Shown here: positions 9,201 through 19,066 of the stretch, piece after piece
How the letters are laid out: every line of letters starts with the position of its first letter
How positions within the stretch are numbered: the first letter of the stretch is position 1
Source of the DNA: Dehalococcoidia bacterium
Lineage (GTDB): Bacteria; Chloroflexota; Dehalococcoidia; Bin125
Assembly: GCA_963663235.2 (NCBI GenBank)
Contig: CAXXNO010000012.1
Span: forward strand, 32,001-96,000
Reading direction: 5' to 3'
Length of the DNA: 64,000 nucleotides
The notes under the pieces: model-generated
What the model saw: the letters and a program-made list of their open reading frames with translations, nothing else
Database searches by the model: none
What the model was told of the DNA's origin: nothing
Made by a program: the position numbers and the translations under genes

Positions 9201-10514
9201 CTACTCATACCAGCCCGATCCAAATAGCAGCCCGTCATGCCGCACAATCCAAGTGTGTTTCTGACGGTCCTCGCCCGATTCCGGGTTGAGCAACACATAG
9301 TCGACCCAATGACCCGCCTCAGTGGCGCTCAGTAAGTCGTCGCCATAGAAATACCCCGTGGCGTCCACACGGAGGCTGGGATCACGCCCTCGAAACTGCG
9401 GGTTATGGTGGGCTATCGTGTAGCCGTCTTGGTCGATGATGAAGACATACCACTGGCCGTCAACACTCTCCTGGGCGTTGTAGTAGGCGACCGTCTCCTC
9501 CAGGCCGAGGGCGACGTAGAGGTTTATGGCCTGCCGCACGAAGGCCTTGGTGTAGGCGGGGGCGTCGGACTTGCTGGGGCCGCGTTCGTACCAGCCGGAG
9601 CCGAAGGTAATGCCGTCGTGGATCACCACCCAGGAGTGCTTGGTCTCCACAACGCCAGAGGCGGGATTGGGATAGGTGTAGTCGAACCAGGCGCCGTCCT
9701 GGTCGGCGGAGGCGGCGACGGCGGACCCTGTGGGGTAGGAGTTGGGTCCGAGAGCCTGGGAGACGTGCTTGCCCACGAGGTCGGGGTTGGGGGCATGAGC
9801 GATGATGGTCTGGTTCTCATCGATGATGAAGACATACCACTGGCCGTCAACGCTCTCCTTGGCGTTGTAGTAGGCGACCGTCTCCTCCAGGCCGAGGGCG
9901 ACGTAGAGGTTCATGGCCTGCCGCACGAAGGCCTTGGTGTAGGCGGGGGCGTCGGACAGGTCCTGCTCGACCAGCGTCCCAGCTTCAAGCCGGAACTGAC
10001 GAATCACGGCAATCGTCGGGGGCTCCGCAAACGGCTCGTGCGGCGCCCGGTCGAACATGGCGACGGTAATGACGCCGTCGTGGATGGAGACGCCCTCGAC
10101 CCGGATGCGATCACCGAGGAACGCGACGGCCGCATCGGAAAGCTCGCCGTCATCGTCGACCAGTGCGTGAAGGTAGGAGAACGTGCCGCTGCCACCGGGG
10201 TCCTCGACCGTAACCGAGGCCGCATCGACCCCGTCACGCCCATCGATATGGCCGGTGGTCCACTTGCCGAGCCGAATGACGAGCTCGCTGGCCGAGCCCT
10301 CGGCGACCGGCTCACGGAACTCGCCGTCTTCGAGTGTGGCCGTGCCCTCCCTGCTGTTCTCAGTGAGATACGTGGCCTGTTCGAGAGTGGCGCCCGTTGG
10401 TGCCCCTGGACCGTCGCCGCCGCACGACACCATCAGCATAGCGCCGAGCAGCAGCGCTCCGAGGAAGAGCAAGCGAGTCCCGGTTCGGGATCTTCTATGT
10501 GGGCCTGACATCAT
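9201..10514 (-). CDS. Secreted lipoprotein with two tandem single-Cache sensor domains
   Basis: Lipobox-like MVSC after a hydrophobic stretch; two repeats of WYVFIID...IAH...W.DY...NP.SG...KH.W...FGSGWYE. Confidence 0.8.
   Translation of the reverse strand: MMSGPHRRSRTGTRLLFLGALLLGAMLMVSCGGDGPGAPTGATLEQATYLTENSREGTATLEDGEFREPVAEGSASELVIRLGKWTTGHIDGRDGVDAASVTVEDPGGSGTFSYLHALVDDDGELSDAAVAFLGDRIRVEGVSIHDGVITVAMFDRAPHEPFAEPPTIAVIRQFRLEAGTLVEQDLSDAPAYTKAFVRQAMNLYVALGLEETVAYYNAKESVDGQWYVFIIDENQTIIAHAPNPDLVGKHVSQALGPNSYPTGSAVAASADQDGAWFDYTYPNPASGVVETKHSWVVIHDGITFGSGWYERGPSKSDAPAYTKAFVRQAINLYVALGLEETVAYYNAQESVDGQWYVFIIDQDGYTIAHHNPQFRGRDPSLRVDATGYFYGDDLLSATEAGHWVDYVLLNPESGEDRQKHTWIVRHDGLLFGSGWYE
9433..9957. 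repeat. 138-bp intragenic direct repeat (9433-9570 and 9820-9957)
   Basis: Manual alignment shows 3 mismatches in 138 bp. Confidence 0.9.
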
Positions 10515-10559
10515 CTCTATTCCTTTCCGGCAGCGCAGGCCGAAGATTGTAGGCGCCCC

Positions 10560-10679
10560 CAGTTCCAGCGCGAGCGAGTCGCGCAGGAATGTTTCCAGTG
10601 ACTCCCTGATCTCCTTGGCTTCGGCCTTTGGCCCGATGAAGCCCAGTACGAAGTCGTCCGCGTAGCGGACGTATCGCAG
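10560..10679 (-). pseudogene. Group II intron reverse transcriptase fragment
   Basis: LRYVRYADDFVLGFIGPKAEAKEI...FLRDSLALEL (RT domains 5-6); bounded by an IS3 end at 10680. Confidence 0.82.
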
Positions 10680-10775
10680 TGACCTGCCCCAGCCTTTGTA
10701 CCACTTCCTAAGTTAGAGCCAGGACAGGTGCGAGCCGTCCCGGCGTGACCGGTTCAGGTGCCGCTTCCGGTTATG
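10680..10775 (-). mobile_element. Isolated IS3-family right end
   Basis: TGACCTGCCCC...TGTACCA resembles the right IR of the IS3 at 22202. Confidence 0.7.
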
Positions 10776-10803
10776 CTACAAGGAAATGTCGTCCGCCCGA
10801 ATG

Positions 10804-11241
10804 TCACGCGGCGAGACGCTCGTACTCGTGATGCAGTCCGCCCAGGATCGGCCGACCCACGACTTGGCCCTCGCTCCGGGGCGGTGACCGTGGCCGCCGG
10901 TCGTCCGGAGCCCACAGTTCGAGCGCCTGGTGCGGTCGCACGTGGTTGTAGTGCGCGACGTACTCCCGCAGCACCAGTCGCAGGTGACGCTCATTCACGA
11001 TGATCAGATGGTCGAGACATTCGCGCCTGAGCGTTCCGACCACACGCTCCGCGATGGCGTTCGCCTTCGGTGCCCGCACCGCAGTGAGGACCGTCTTGAT
11101 CCCGATCGCTCGCGCCTTGCCAAGGAAGGCACCGCCGTACGAGCGGTCGCGGTCCCGGATCAGATAGCGGGGCTGCTGCCCCCACGGCGTCGCCTCCAGC
11201 AACTGACGCCACCCCCACAGCGCTGTCGAATGTGCCGTCAC
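10804..11241 (-). pseudogene. Integrase-core (rve) transposase, C-terminal fragment
   Basis: LIRDRD, PKANAIAERVVGTLRRECLDH, YNHVRPHQAL, LGGLHHEY. Confidence 0.85.
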
Positions 11242-11249
11242 GTTGAAAT

Positions 11250-11510
11250 TGTACCGCTCCTGGTTTCTTGGACACTTCGCTCGCGGTAATCATGCAGCCG
11301 CTCCGGTGCTCGGCGAGAGCGCCTGGCGGACGGCGGCCGGGGTGCGGTGGCCGTGGCGCTCGACCAGCCACTTCTGGTTGTAGCGGTCCTTGAACGCGAG
11401 CAGCGCGAGGCGCAGCTGCTGGACCGTCTCGAACGGCTCCACCCAGAGCAGCTGCTCCTTGAGCGTGCGGATGAAGCGCTCGGCGCAGCCGTTGATCTCG
11501 GGCGGCCACC
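11250..11510 (-). mobile_element. IS481/IS3-like right-end fragment
   Basis: NGCAERFIRTLKEQLLW...YNQKWLVERHGHRTP; terminus 5'-TGTACCGCTCC at 11250. Confidence 0.75.
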
Positions 11511-11576
11511 TCCGAGCGGATGCACAGAGCTGTCCGGCATGCCGCAGTGCACGCGCGCCCGCCGTAGGCTGCAGGT

Positions 11577-12398
11577 ATGGATGCAAGCGACCGCAAAGGG
11601 CGCTTCCCCGGGCACTTACGAGCCGTCGGTGGATTGCGTGTTGCGGGCCTGGCGCTCCTGCTCGCGCGCTACGACGGCTATCAACCCTTCCTCAGTGCCG
11701 CGGCCGACGCGCACGCCAAGCAGCAACAGTTGCTCACGATCAGATCTCCGTCGGATCGGCGCAACGCACTCCGCACACTGAACCATCGCTTTGCCGCACG
11801 CTGGAATCTCCATCACATCGCCGTGTTGCGGGAGAACGATTATGCCGCGGTGGATACTGCGATCGCCCAGACCGGCACGGTATTCAAGGATAAGAAGAAG
11901 AGGTGGCGGCGGGTCGGGCGACCGTTCTACCCCTCCTCGGTCGTGCTCGCGATCGCTCCGCCGCCCGAACCCGTGATGGTGATCGCCGGCGTGCGCTACA
12001 GGTGGCGCCTGAGTGCGGGCGAGAGCCTGGGGCGCTGGCGCGCGCGGATCGCGGCAGGCCGCGGCGTGCGGCGCGGCAGCGATCTGCCCGCGCGGCTGCA
12101 GCGCGAGTTGCGCGCTGCGCCGCGGCGCGCAACTCGCGCGGCGGGCTGGCTCCTGACCGATGACCGGCACGGCCTGGACGAGCATGTGCGCTGGCTCTTC
12201 TGGCGGCTCTGTCCCCAACCCAACCACCCTTGGAGCGGGGAGCAGATCGCGGGGTGCGTGGGCCTTCCTGACAGTGGCGCAGCGGTCCGCTCCAAGCTGC
12301 GCCGGACGGCGGCGCTGCTGGACGTGCGTCTGCCCCCCGTCCGGGGTGGGCGCCCGCGTGGGGCCCGGGCTGCACACCGTGGCCCGCCGCGCCATTAG
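11577..12398 (+). CDS. Hypothetical phage-associated protein, possible C-terminal HTH
   Basis: ORF directly upstream of the methylase-terminase module; WSGEQIA...AVRSKLRRTAALL helix pattern. Confidence 0.4.
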   Translation: MDASDRKGRFPGHLRAVGGLRVAGLALLLARYDGYQPFLSAAADAHAKQQQLLTIRSPSDRRNALRTLNHRFAARWNLHHIAVLRENDYAAVDTAIAQTGTVFKDKKKRWRRVGRPFYPSSVVLAIAPPPEPVMVIAGVRYRWRLSAGESLGRWRARIAAGRGVRRGSDLPARLQRELRAAPRRATRAAGWLLTDDRHGLDEHVRWLFWRLCPQPNHPWSGEQIAGCVGLPDSGAAVRSKLRRTAALLDVRLPPVRGGRPRGARAAHRGPPRH

Positions 12399-12440
12399 AC
12401 GATCCAGGTATGTGGTGGCGGGGGCTGATATGCCGGAAGC

Positions 12441-13712
12441 ATGCAGGCGCCACACGACAACCGCCCGGGCCGTGCGCCCACGTGGCGCTCGCGCATCGTC
12501 GGCCACGGCGACGCCGATCCGCAGACCCTCGTCGCCCACCCGGAAAATTGGCGCGCGCATCCCCGCAACCAGCGTCGCGCCATGGCCGGCGTGCTTGACC
12601 GTGTGGGCTGGGTGCAGGACGTGATCGTCAACCGGCGCACGGGGCGGATCCTGGACGGCCACCTGCGAGTGGCCTTGGCGCTGGAACGCAGGGAGGCAAC
12701 GGTCCCCATCGTGGAGGTCGATCTGCGTGAGGACGAAGAGCGCGTCATCCTCGCGACCTTCGACCCGCTGGGAGCCATGGCGAACGGCGACGCCGACGCA
12801 GTGCAGGATCTGCTGGCGCGCGTGACGGCAGAGGAAGCCGCCGTCGCCGATCTGCTCGGACGGCTCGCCGCCGCGCATCCTGCCACGCCCGATCTGCGTG
12901 CCGACCCGGATGCCGTACCGGAACCGCCGCCGGAGCCGGTCTCGCGGCCGGGGGACTGTTGGACCTGTGGTCCACACCGGGTCTGGTGCGGCGACGCCCA
13001 GGATGCCGCGGCCGTTGCCGGCCTCTTCCCCGACGGCCCCGCCGGCTGGATGTGGACCGACCCGCCGTACGGGATCTCCTACACCGGCAAGACGCCCGCG
13101 GGACTCACGATCGCGGGCGATGCCGCCGACGGGCTGGAGCCGCTCCTCCACGAGAGCTTCCGCGCGGCCGACGCCGTGCTCGCCCCCGGCGCCAGCATCT
13201 TCGTCGCTCACCCGGCCGGGCCGCATAGTCTCGGCTTCGGCGCGGCGTTCCTGGCGGCCGGCTGGCACTGGCACCAGACCCTGACCTGGGTGAAGGACAC
13301 GCTGGTGCTCGGACACAGCGACTTCCACTACCGGCACGAACCCATCCTGTACGGCTGGAAGCCCGGCCGCGCGCACGGCTGGTACGGCGGCCGGGCGGAA
13401 GATTCCATCTTCGCGCTGCCGCGCCCCGCGGCCAGCCGAGCGCATCCGACCATGAAGCCGGTGGCGCTGATCGCGGCCCAACTAGCACTGACCACCCGGC
13501 CCGGCGACCTGGGCTACGACCCCTTCGCCGGGTCGGGCTCCACGCTGATCGCCGCCGAGCAACTCGGGCGGCGCTGCGTGGCCGTTGAGATCGGCCCGCG
13601 CTACGCCGATGTGATCGTGCAGCGCTGGCAAAACGCCACCGGGGGCACCGCGACGCTGGCCGATGATGGCCGCACGTTCGCGCAGATGCAGGAGGTGCGC
13701 CATCGCCGGTAG
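12441..13712 (+). CDS. ParB-like N-terminal domain + N4/N6 DNA methyltransferase (phage type)
   Basis: HPENWRAH...ILDGHLR (ParB); TDPPY; HPTMKP; DPFAGSGST. Confidence 0.9.
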   Translation: MQAPHDNRPGRAPTWRSRIVGHGDADPQTLVAHPENWRAHPRNQRRAMAGVLDRVGWVQDVIVNRRTGRILDGHLRVALALERREATVPIVEVDLREDEERVILATFDPLGAMANGDADAVQDLLARVTAEEAAVADLLGRLAAAHPATPDLRADPDAVPEPPPEPVSRPGDCWTCGPHRVWCGDAQDAAAVAGLFPDGPAGWMWTDPPYGISYTGKTPAGLTIAGDAADGLEPLLHESFRAADAVLAPGASIFVAHPAGPHSLGFGAAFLAAGWHWHQTLTWVKDTLVLGHSDFHYRHEPILYGWKPGRAHGWYGGRAEDSIFALPRPAASRAHPTMKPVALIAAQLALTTRPGDLGYDPFAGSGSTLIAAEQLGRRCVAVEIGPRYADVIVQRWQNATGGTATLADDGRTFAQMQEVRHRR

Positions 13713-14121
13713 ACACACCAAGCTGACGCCCGAGGTCCACCAGCAGATCGTGGCCTTCATCCGCGCCGGCGCCTACGACTGGGTCGCCGCCGAGGCCGCG
13801 GGGATCGGCAAGTCCACGTTCTACCGCTGGCTCGAACGCGGCGAGGCGAGTGCCGCGGAACCGCATCGCATGTTCATGGTGGACGTGCGGGAGGCGCGCG
13901 CGCAGGCACGGGTGGCGGCCGAGACCGAAGTTCGGCGCGACAACCCGCTCGCCTGGCTGCGCTACGGCCCGGGACGCGATCGCGCCGGGGAGCCGGGCTG
14001 GACGGAACGGCATGAGATTGCGGGAGCCGACGGCGCGCCGGTGCGCTTCACGCTCGCCCTGGGATCCGGCAATGAGCCGGAGGGCACCGACGCATCCGAC
14101 GGAGGAGCCGACGATGCCTGA
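13702..14121 (+). CDS. Putative terminase small subunit (HTH)
   Basis: GRHTKLTPE...AAEAAGIGKSTFYRW; EIAGADGAPV tail; sits between the methylase and TerL. RBS GGAGGT precedes ATC rather than ATG. Confidence 0.65.
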   Translation: MAGRHTKLTPEVHQQIVAFIRAGAYDWVAAEAAGIGKSTFYRWLERGEASAAEPHRMFMVDVREARAQARVAAETEVRRDNPLAWLRYGPGRDRAGEPGWTERHEIAGADGAPVRFTLALGSGNEPEGTDASDGGADDA

Positions 14122-15658
14122 GGCGCGCGTGATCACGTACGACCGACCGCCGCTGTACCCCAAGCAGCAGGCCGCGATCTTTGCCCCCGCGCGCTACGCG
14201 GTGATCGAGGCCTCCACCAAGAGCGGTAAGACGCACGGCTGCTTGGCCTGGCTGTTCGAACAGGCCGCGCAGGGCGGGCCCGGGCAGCATTACTGGTGGG
14301 TGGCGCCGGTGGCCGCGCAGGCCCAGATCGCCTACCGGCGGCTCAAGGCGGTGATCCCGCACGGGCTCGCGCGCGCCAATGCAACCGATGCCACCCTGAC
14401 CCTGGCCAACGCCGCCACGATCTGGTTCAAGAGCGCCGAAACCCCGGACCACCTCTACGGCGAGGATGTCCACGCCGCCGTGATCGATGAGGCGACGCGC
14501 GTCAAGGAAGCGGCCTGGCACGCGCTGCGCTCGACGCTGTCCCACACCCGCGGCCCGGTGCGGATCATCGGCAACGTCCGGGGCCGCCGCAACTGGGCCT
14601 ATCGCATGGCCCGCCGGGCGGAGGCGGGCACGCCGGACATGCACTACGCGCGCCTCACCGCCACCGACGCGGTGGCCGCCGGCATCCTGACCGCCGCCGA
14701 AGTGGACGATGCGCAACGGCAATTGCCGGCGGACACGTTCCGGGAGTTGTACTTCGCCGAGCCGGCCGACACCTACGCGTTGGTGTACGCCTCCTTCGGC
14801 GCCGACAACATCAGCCCCGCCGCCGAGTACGCCCCCGGCGCCGGGCCGCTCTACGTGGGGTACGACTGGGGGTTCACGGATCTCACGCACATTGGACTGT
14901 ACCAGCTGCGCGACGAGATGCTGTACCAGTTCGATGAGTTGGTTGGCAACCGGCAGCCCGAGCGGATCTGGGTGCGCCGCGTGGTCGAGCGCGTCCTGGC
15001 GCTGCCGGACTACCGCGGCCCCACGCTGGCGGAGTGGGAGGAGATCTGGGCGGGCCGCGCGGCCCCGGCCCCGCACTGGCCCGACGTCTGGCCGGATTGG
15101 GCGGTCGGGGATCCGTCGGCAGTGCAGCTGCGCCAGACCTTCAAGGCGCACGGGATCTCGGCGCCCGGGCCCGACAAGGTGCGCCACGCGGTCGTCAGCG
15201 GCCAAGACGTGTTGCGGGCGCTGATCTGGAGCGGGGAGGACCGCCGGCGCTTCGTGCTGCATCCGCGCTGCACGGCCACCCGGGAAGCGTTGGAAAATTA
15301 CCGGGCGCTGGACCTCGGGGAAGGCGTCTACGATGCCCGCCCAGACCCCGACCCCGCCAATCACGTCTACAGCCACGGGACCGACCAGGCCCGCCACCTC
15401 GTCTGCTGGTACCGCAACGATCGTGCGAACTGGGAGTGGGGGGAGGAAGCCCGAGACGCGCGCATCACCTGCCCGGCGCTGATGGTGACCGCGGGACGAG
15501 ATCCGGTGCTGACGCCGTCGTTGTCGGCCGGGATGGAGCGGGTGATCCCCCAGCTCCAGCGCGGGCACATCGAAGCTTGCGGCCATTGGACACAGCAGGA
15601 GTGCCCCGAGGAGCTGAATCGCCTCCTGTGCGACTGGCTCACGGAGCTGTCGGCCTGA
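14114..15658 (+). CDS. Terminase large subunit, fused at ~15407 to an alpha/beta-hydrolase C-terminal fragment
   Basis: Walker A STKSGKT, Walker B VIDEA, nuclease GYDWG and HGTD; then WYRN...PALMVTAGRD...GHWTQQE. Confidence 0.82.
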   Translation: MPEARVITYDRPPLYPKQQAAIFAPARYAVIEASTKSGKTHGCLAWLFEQAAQGGPGQHYWWVAPVAAQAQIAYRRLKAVIPHGLARANATDATLTLANAATIWFKSAETPDHLYGEDVHAAVIDEATRVKEAAWHALRSTLSHTRGPVRIIGNVRGRRNWAYRMARRAEAGTPDMHYARLTATDAVAAGILTAAEVDDAQRQLPADTFRELYFAEPADTYALVYASFGADNISPAAEYAPGAGPLYVGYDWGFTDLTHIGLYQLRDEMLYQFDELVGNRQPERIWVRRVVERVLALPDYRGPTLAEWEEIWAGRAAPAPHWPDVWPDWAVGDPSAVQLRQTFKAHGISAPGPDKVRHAVVSGQDVLRALIWSGEDRRRFVLHPRCTATREALENYRALDLGEGVYDARPDPDPANHVYSHGTDQARHLVCWYRNDRANWEWGEEARDARITCPALMVTAGRDPVLTPSLSAGMERVIPQLQRGHIEACGHWTQQECPEELNRLLCDWLTELSA

Positions 15659-15760
15659 CTGCTACTCGATTTCAGGCGCGCGGCAGCGTGACACCCGCCC
15701 GCGCCAACGCCGCGGCGGCGTTCCCGCCCAGGATGGCGTCCCGTTCAGCGGAGGGCGCCG

Positions 15761-17593
15761 TCACGCTTGGGCGAACGGGGGTCGTCGTGCGGCGCGTGCC
15801 GCGGTTGTGGCCTCACCATTGATGACGAGCGTCTCGACCTTCGCCGGGTCCCCGGTGAGGACGACGCCGTAGACGGCGCGCGCGCGGCCGATTGAGATGA
15901 AACCCTCGGCAACGTCGCGCAGGACGGCCTCCGCGTCACGAGTCAGGGGATCGCCGTAGCCGCCGCCGCCGGCGGAGAGGCTCACGATCCGCTCCCCAGG
16001 CTCCAGCCGCTGTTCACCGACGAGATTCGGCAGGACGCGGGTCGAGCCGCCGGCCTCCCGCAGGTGCGCGCCGGGCCCTTGCGTGGGGCCGCCCCCGCGC
16101 ACGCCTTGCGGCGGGTTGAACATCCCGTCGAGCGAATAGTAGACGTCCATCGGGTCCGCGAGCGGGCCGTAGCTGCAGATATTGCCCGGCGCCCCCCGTT
16201 GGCGGCCGGCGCCTTCGGAATCGACGCGGACCTTCTTCTCCCAGAGCACGTAGGGGTACTTCTGCTCGATCACCTCCGCGGAATCGATGTACAGGACGCC
16301 GCCGGCTCCCGGGCCGAGGAGCGTGAGCCAGCCGTCGGATTGCGGCCCGGCGGGGCCGCCGGCGGTGCCACTGAAGACCTCCAACATGTAGGGCTCGCCG
16401 CGGCGCCGGTCGAAGCCGGACACCACGCCGTAGTAGGGCGCCAGGCCCCAGGCCGGCTCGCCCAGGCCCACGCCGTCGGCGAGCTGGGCGAAGGCAGCGA
16501 AGACCATGCCCATGGCGCGCTCCAAGACCGTGGTGGTAGCCATGGAGCAGGAGTAGGGATGGACCGGGATCCCCAGCACGCAGTTCTCGCGTAACAGCAC
16601 ATCGAAGCGACGGAAGCTGCCACCGTTGTTGGGCGCGACCTCCACTTTGGCTTCCGGGCGCGCGTTGAGGATGTGCAGGATGCCGGAGACGGCGGCGGTC
16701 GTGGCGGTGGCGCGGCTCTGATTCAAGCCGGTGGGCGTGCAGTCCGGGTTGTCGCGGAAGTCGACCGTGACGCGCGCGGCCTCTGGGTCGACCGCGATCT
16801 TGGCGTGCAGCGGGATGCCATCGGGGAGGCTGGGGAACGGATCCACCGTGCTCCACGCCTCGGCCTCGCCGGCCGGCAGTTCGCGGATCGCCGCCATGGT
16901 CATGCGCTCGGAGTAGTCCAGCCACTCGCGGACGAAGGTCTTCACCGTCTCCAGCCCGAACTTGCGGCAGAAGGCCTGGATCCCCTGCTCGCCCACCCGG
17001 GCGGCCGCGATCATGGCCAGGTAGTCGCCGTACCAGATCTCGGGGATGCGGATGCGCTTCTGGCACATGCGGATGATGTCGCCGACGTCTGCGTAGTGCT
17101 CCTGAATGCGCACGCACGGGAAGATCAACGCCCCCTCGGCATACACGTCGACGGCCTCGGGCGAGTAGGTCGTGCGGATAGCGTTTCCGGTGTCGGCTTG
17201 GTGCGCCTTCACACAGGCCGTGAAGATGTGCTCGCCGGCATAGAAGACCGGCACCAGGATCGTCCAGTCGGCCGCGTGGGTGTTGCCGAGGTAGGGATCG
17301 TTGTGGAGGAAGGCATCGCCCTCCTCGAAATCGGGGTGGAGTTCAGCCATGGCTTCACAGAGGAGGCCGGAACCGTAGACATGGACGGGGCACCCTTCCG
17401 GTGCAGCGAAGAGCTCATGCTCGGCGGTGGAGAGGGAGCAGGAGAGGTCGCGCGCGGCGAGGGTGGCGGATTGGGCGGTGCGCACGAGCGTGTTGGTCAT
17501 CTCGCGGACGATGCCGTCCACCCGGTTGGCCATGACCAGCAGCTGGATCGGCTCGATCGTGGGTTTCGCGGCGCTCGCATCGCTCGGGGCCAT
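15761..17593 (-). CDS. Hydantoinase B / oxoprolinase family protein
   Basis: NDPYLGNTH, HQADTG, GAGRQRG, GGGGYGDP. Confidence 0.92.
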   Translation of the reverse strand: MAPSDASAAKPTIEPIQLLVMANRVDGIVREMTNTLVRTAQSATLAARDLSCSLSTAEHELFAAPEGCPVHVYGSGLLCEAMAELHPDFEEGDAFLHNDPYLGNTHAADWTILVPVFYAGEHIFTACVKAHQADTGNAIRTTYSPEAVDVYAEGALIFPCVRIQEHYADVGDIIRMCQKRIRIPEIWYGDYLAMIAAARVGEQGIQAFCRKFGLETVKTFVREWLDYSERMTMAAIRELPAGEAEAWSTVDPFPSLPDGIPLHAKIAVDPEAARVTVDFRDNPDCTPTGLNQSRATATTAAVSGILHILNARPEAKVEVAPNNGGSFRRFDVLLRENCVLGIPVHPYSCSMATTTVLERAMGMVFAAFAQLADGVGLGEPAWGLAPYYGVVSGFDRRRGEPYMLEVFSGTAGGPAGPQSDGWLTLLGPGAGGVLYIDSAEVIEQKYPYVLWEKKVRVDSEGAGRQRGAPGNICSYGPLADPMDVYYSLDGMFNPPQGVRGGGPTQGPGAHLREAGGSTRVLPNLVGEQRLEPGERIVSLSAGGGGYGDPLTRDAEAVLRDVAEGFISIGRARAVYGVVLTGDPAKVETLVINGEATTAARAARRPPFAQA

Positions 17594-17803
17594 TGGGCGA
17601 TCTCCTCATCGTGCCTGCACCGAGGCCCCCGACGCACCGGGGCCGATCCACGCGAGCGATGGGTCAGAGCGCTCGATGCGGTCTCGCGTCGCCGCTGAGC
17701 GGAAAGTCTAGCAGCGCGCCATCATCGTGGCGCGTCCGCTGATGAGTCCAATGCAGACCGCGAGGGAATCTACAGACAGCCTCAGCGTCGTGGAAAGCCA
17801 AAC

Positions 17804-18472
17804 GTGACGGACGGGGCGGGGACGACGGTGACGATCGACGTCGATGACCTGCCGGCGGGCACCACGGACATCATCGCGAGCATGGGGGACGCCTCCGCCC
17901 AGGCCGTGGCGGACGCGCTGGCGGAGGCCGGGCTGCCGGCGGGCACGATGGCGTTCGGGGTGGAGATCAATATCTCGGACCAAAACGGGACCGACGTCGG
18001 CGGCACGACGCCGGTGACGGTGCAGTTTGAGCTGCCGGCGGGGTTCGACGCGGCGAGCGGCGCGGTGGTCGTGAACGGGGAGGTCATCGCGGTGACGGTG
18101 GTGTCGTTGGGCCCGCCGGTGGTGGTGGAGGCGTCGTTGCCGCACCTGACGACGGTGTTGTTCGTCGAGATCGTCGAGGAGGAAGCGGAAGAGGAGCCGG
18201 TGGACGAGGTGGAGGAGGTGGTAGAAGAGGAGCCGCCGGCCCCGGACGTCCTCACCCTCAATGCCGGTGGCCAGTTCCTCTTCTGGGCGTTCGGGGCGGC
18301 GCAGGCGGCGGATGTCTTCGGCACGGTCAAAATCGCCTGGCTCTTCGACCCGGCCGCCGTCAGCTGGACCTCGTTCATTCCCGTGCTGGGCATCACCAAC
18401 TTCGCCCTCAGCCAGGGCGCCGTGCTGTGGATCGTCTCGGAGGCGGCGCAGGAGATCGTGCTGCCCGCCTAG
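17804..18472 (+). pseudogene. 3' part of an acidic surface protein with a C-terminal anchoring-like domain
   Basis: Strong coding bias but no signal peptide or RBS; Glu-rich linker, then LNAGGQFLFW...WTSFIP...GAVLWIV. Confidence 0.55.
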
Positions 18473-18746
18473 CGCCGATCGAGGAGGCGTCGGGGGGATC
18501 GGTCGGGGCCAAGGCGCGTTTCCCGGCGGGCGTGAGCTTGTAGGTGCGCCTCGGAGGGTAGGTCGAAGCGTCCCAGCGGCCGGAGAGCAGGCCCCAATCC
18601 TCTAGGCGGTGGAGCGCGTCGAAAATCGCCCGGCCGGGCCGTCCCAGCGTCTTCGTGAGTGCGAATCCATGCGACGGGGACGCTGCGAGCGCTTGGAGAA
18701 TCACCATCTCGGAGTCCAATATTGCGCCAGCCTTACGCCGTGACAT
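18408..18746 (-). CDS. PadR-family regulator (copy 1; stop lost, reads into neighbour)
   Basis: HGFAL, LHRLEDWGLLSGRW, RRTYKLTPAGK; lacks the TCTAGG that supplies the stop in copy 2. Confidence 0.82.
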   Translation of the reverse strand: MSRRKAGAILDSEMVILQALAASPSHGFALTKTLGRPGRAIFDALHRLEDWGLLSGRWDASTYPPRRTYKLTPAGKRALAPTDPPDASSIGARRAARSPAPPPRRSTARRPG

Positions 18747-19030
18747 CGCCCCGAGTCTACGCGCTCCCTGCCATAGCGCAGCAGTGCGCGATCGGGAAGA
18801 TGCGCGAGCCTGGCGCCACCATGCGCGCCGTGATCTCCACCTCGGTACGACCGTCCGATGATGCTGTGCGACCGAATCAGTCCGGCGCGTGCAGCCGCTC
18901 CGCGCGGGGCGCGAACTCGGTGGCCACGCTCGCCAACGGCGATGCCTTCTTCATCCGCCTGACCGGCCCTGCCACCTGGGAGCAGCCGGCGCCGTAACGC
19001 AGTTCCCGCGTTGACGCTCGCGGGCCACGC

Positions 19031-19066
19031 GCCGCGCCTCCGTTCCCTGTGAAACGGAGGCGCGGC
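19031..19066 (+). promoter_or_regulatory. Perfect 14-bp hairpin covering the RBS of the next gene
   Basis: GCCGCGCCTCCGTT / AACGGAGGCGCGGC immediately before ATG 19067. Confidence 0.6.

Noticed and set aside
9433-10679. Diversity-generating retroelement (RT fragment next to near-identical 138-bp repeats)
   Set aside because: The RT is a 40-codon group II-type YADD scrap. Both repeats are coding parts of one gene, and their 3 differences are not confined to adenines of one template. The IS hypermutation affects both A and T on one strand and yields only C/G, unlike DGR A->N.
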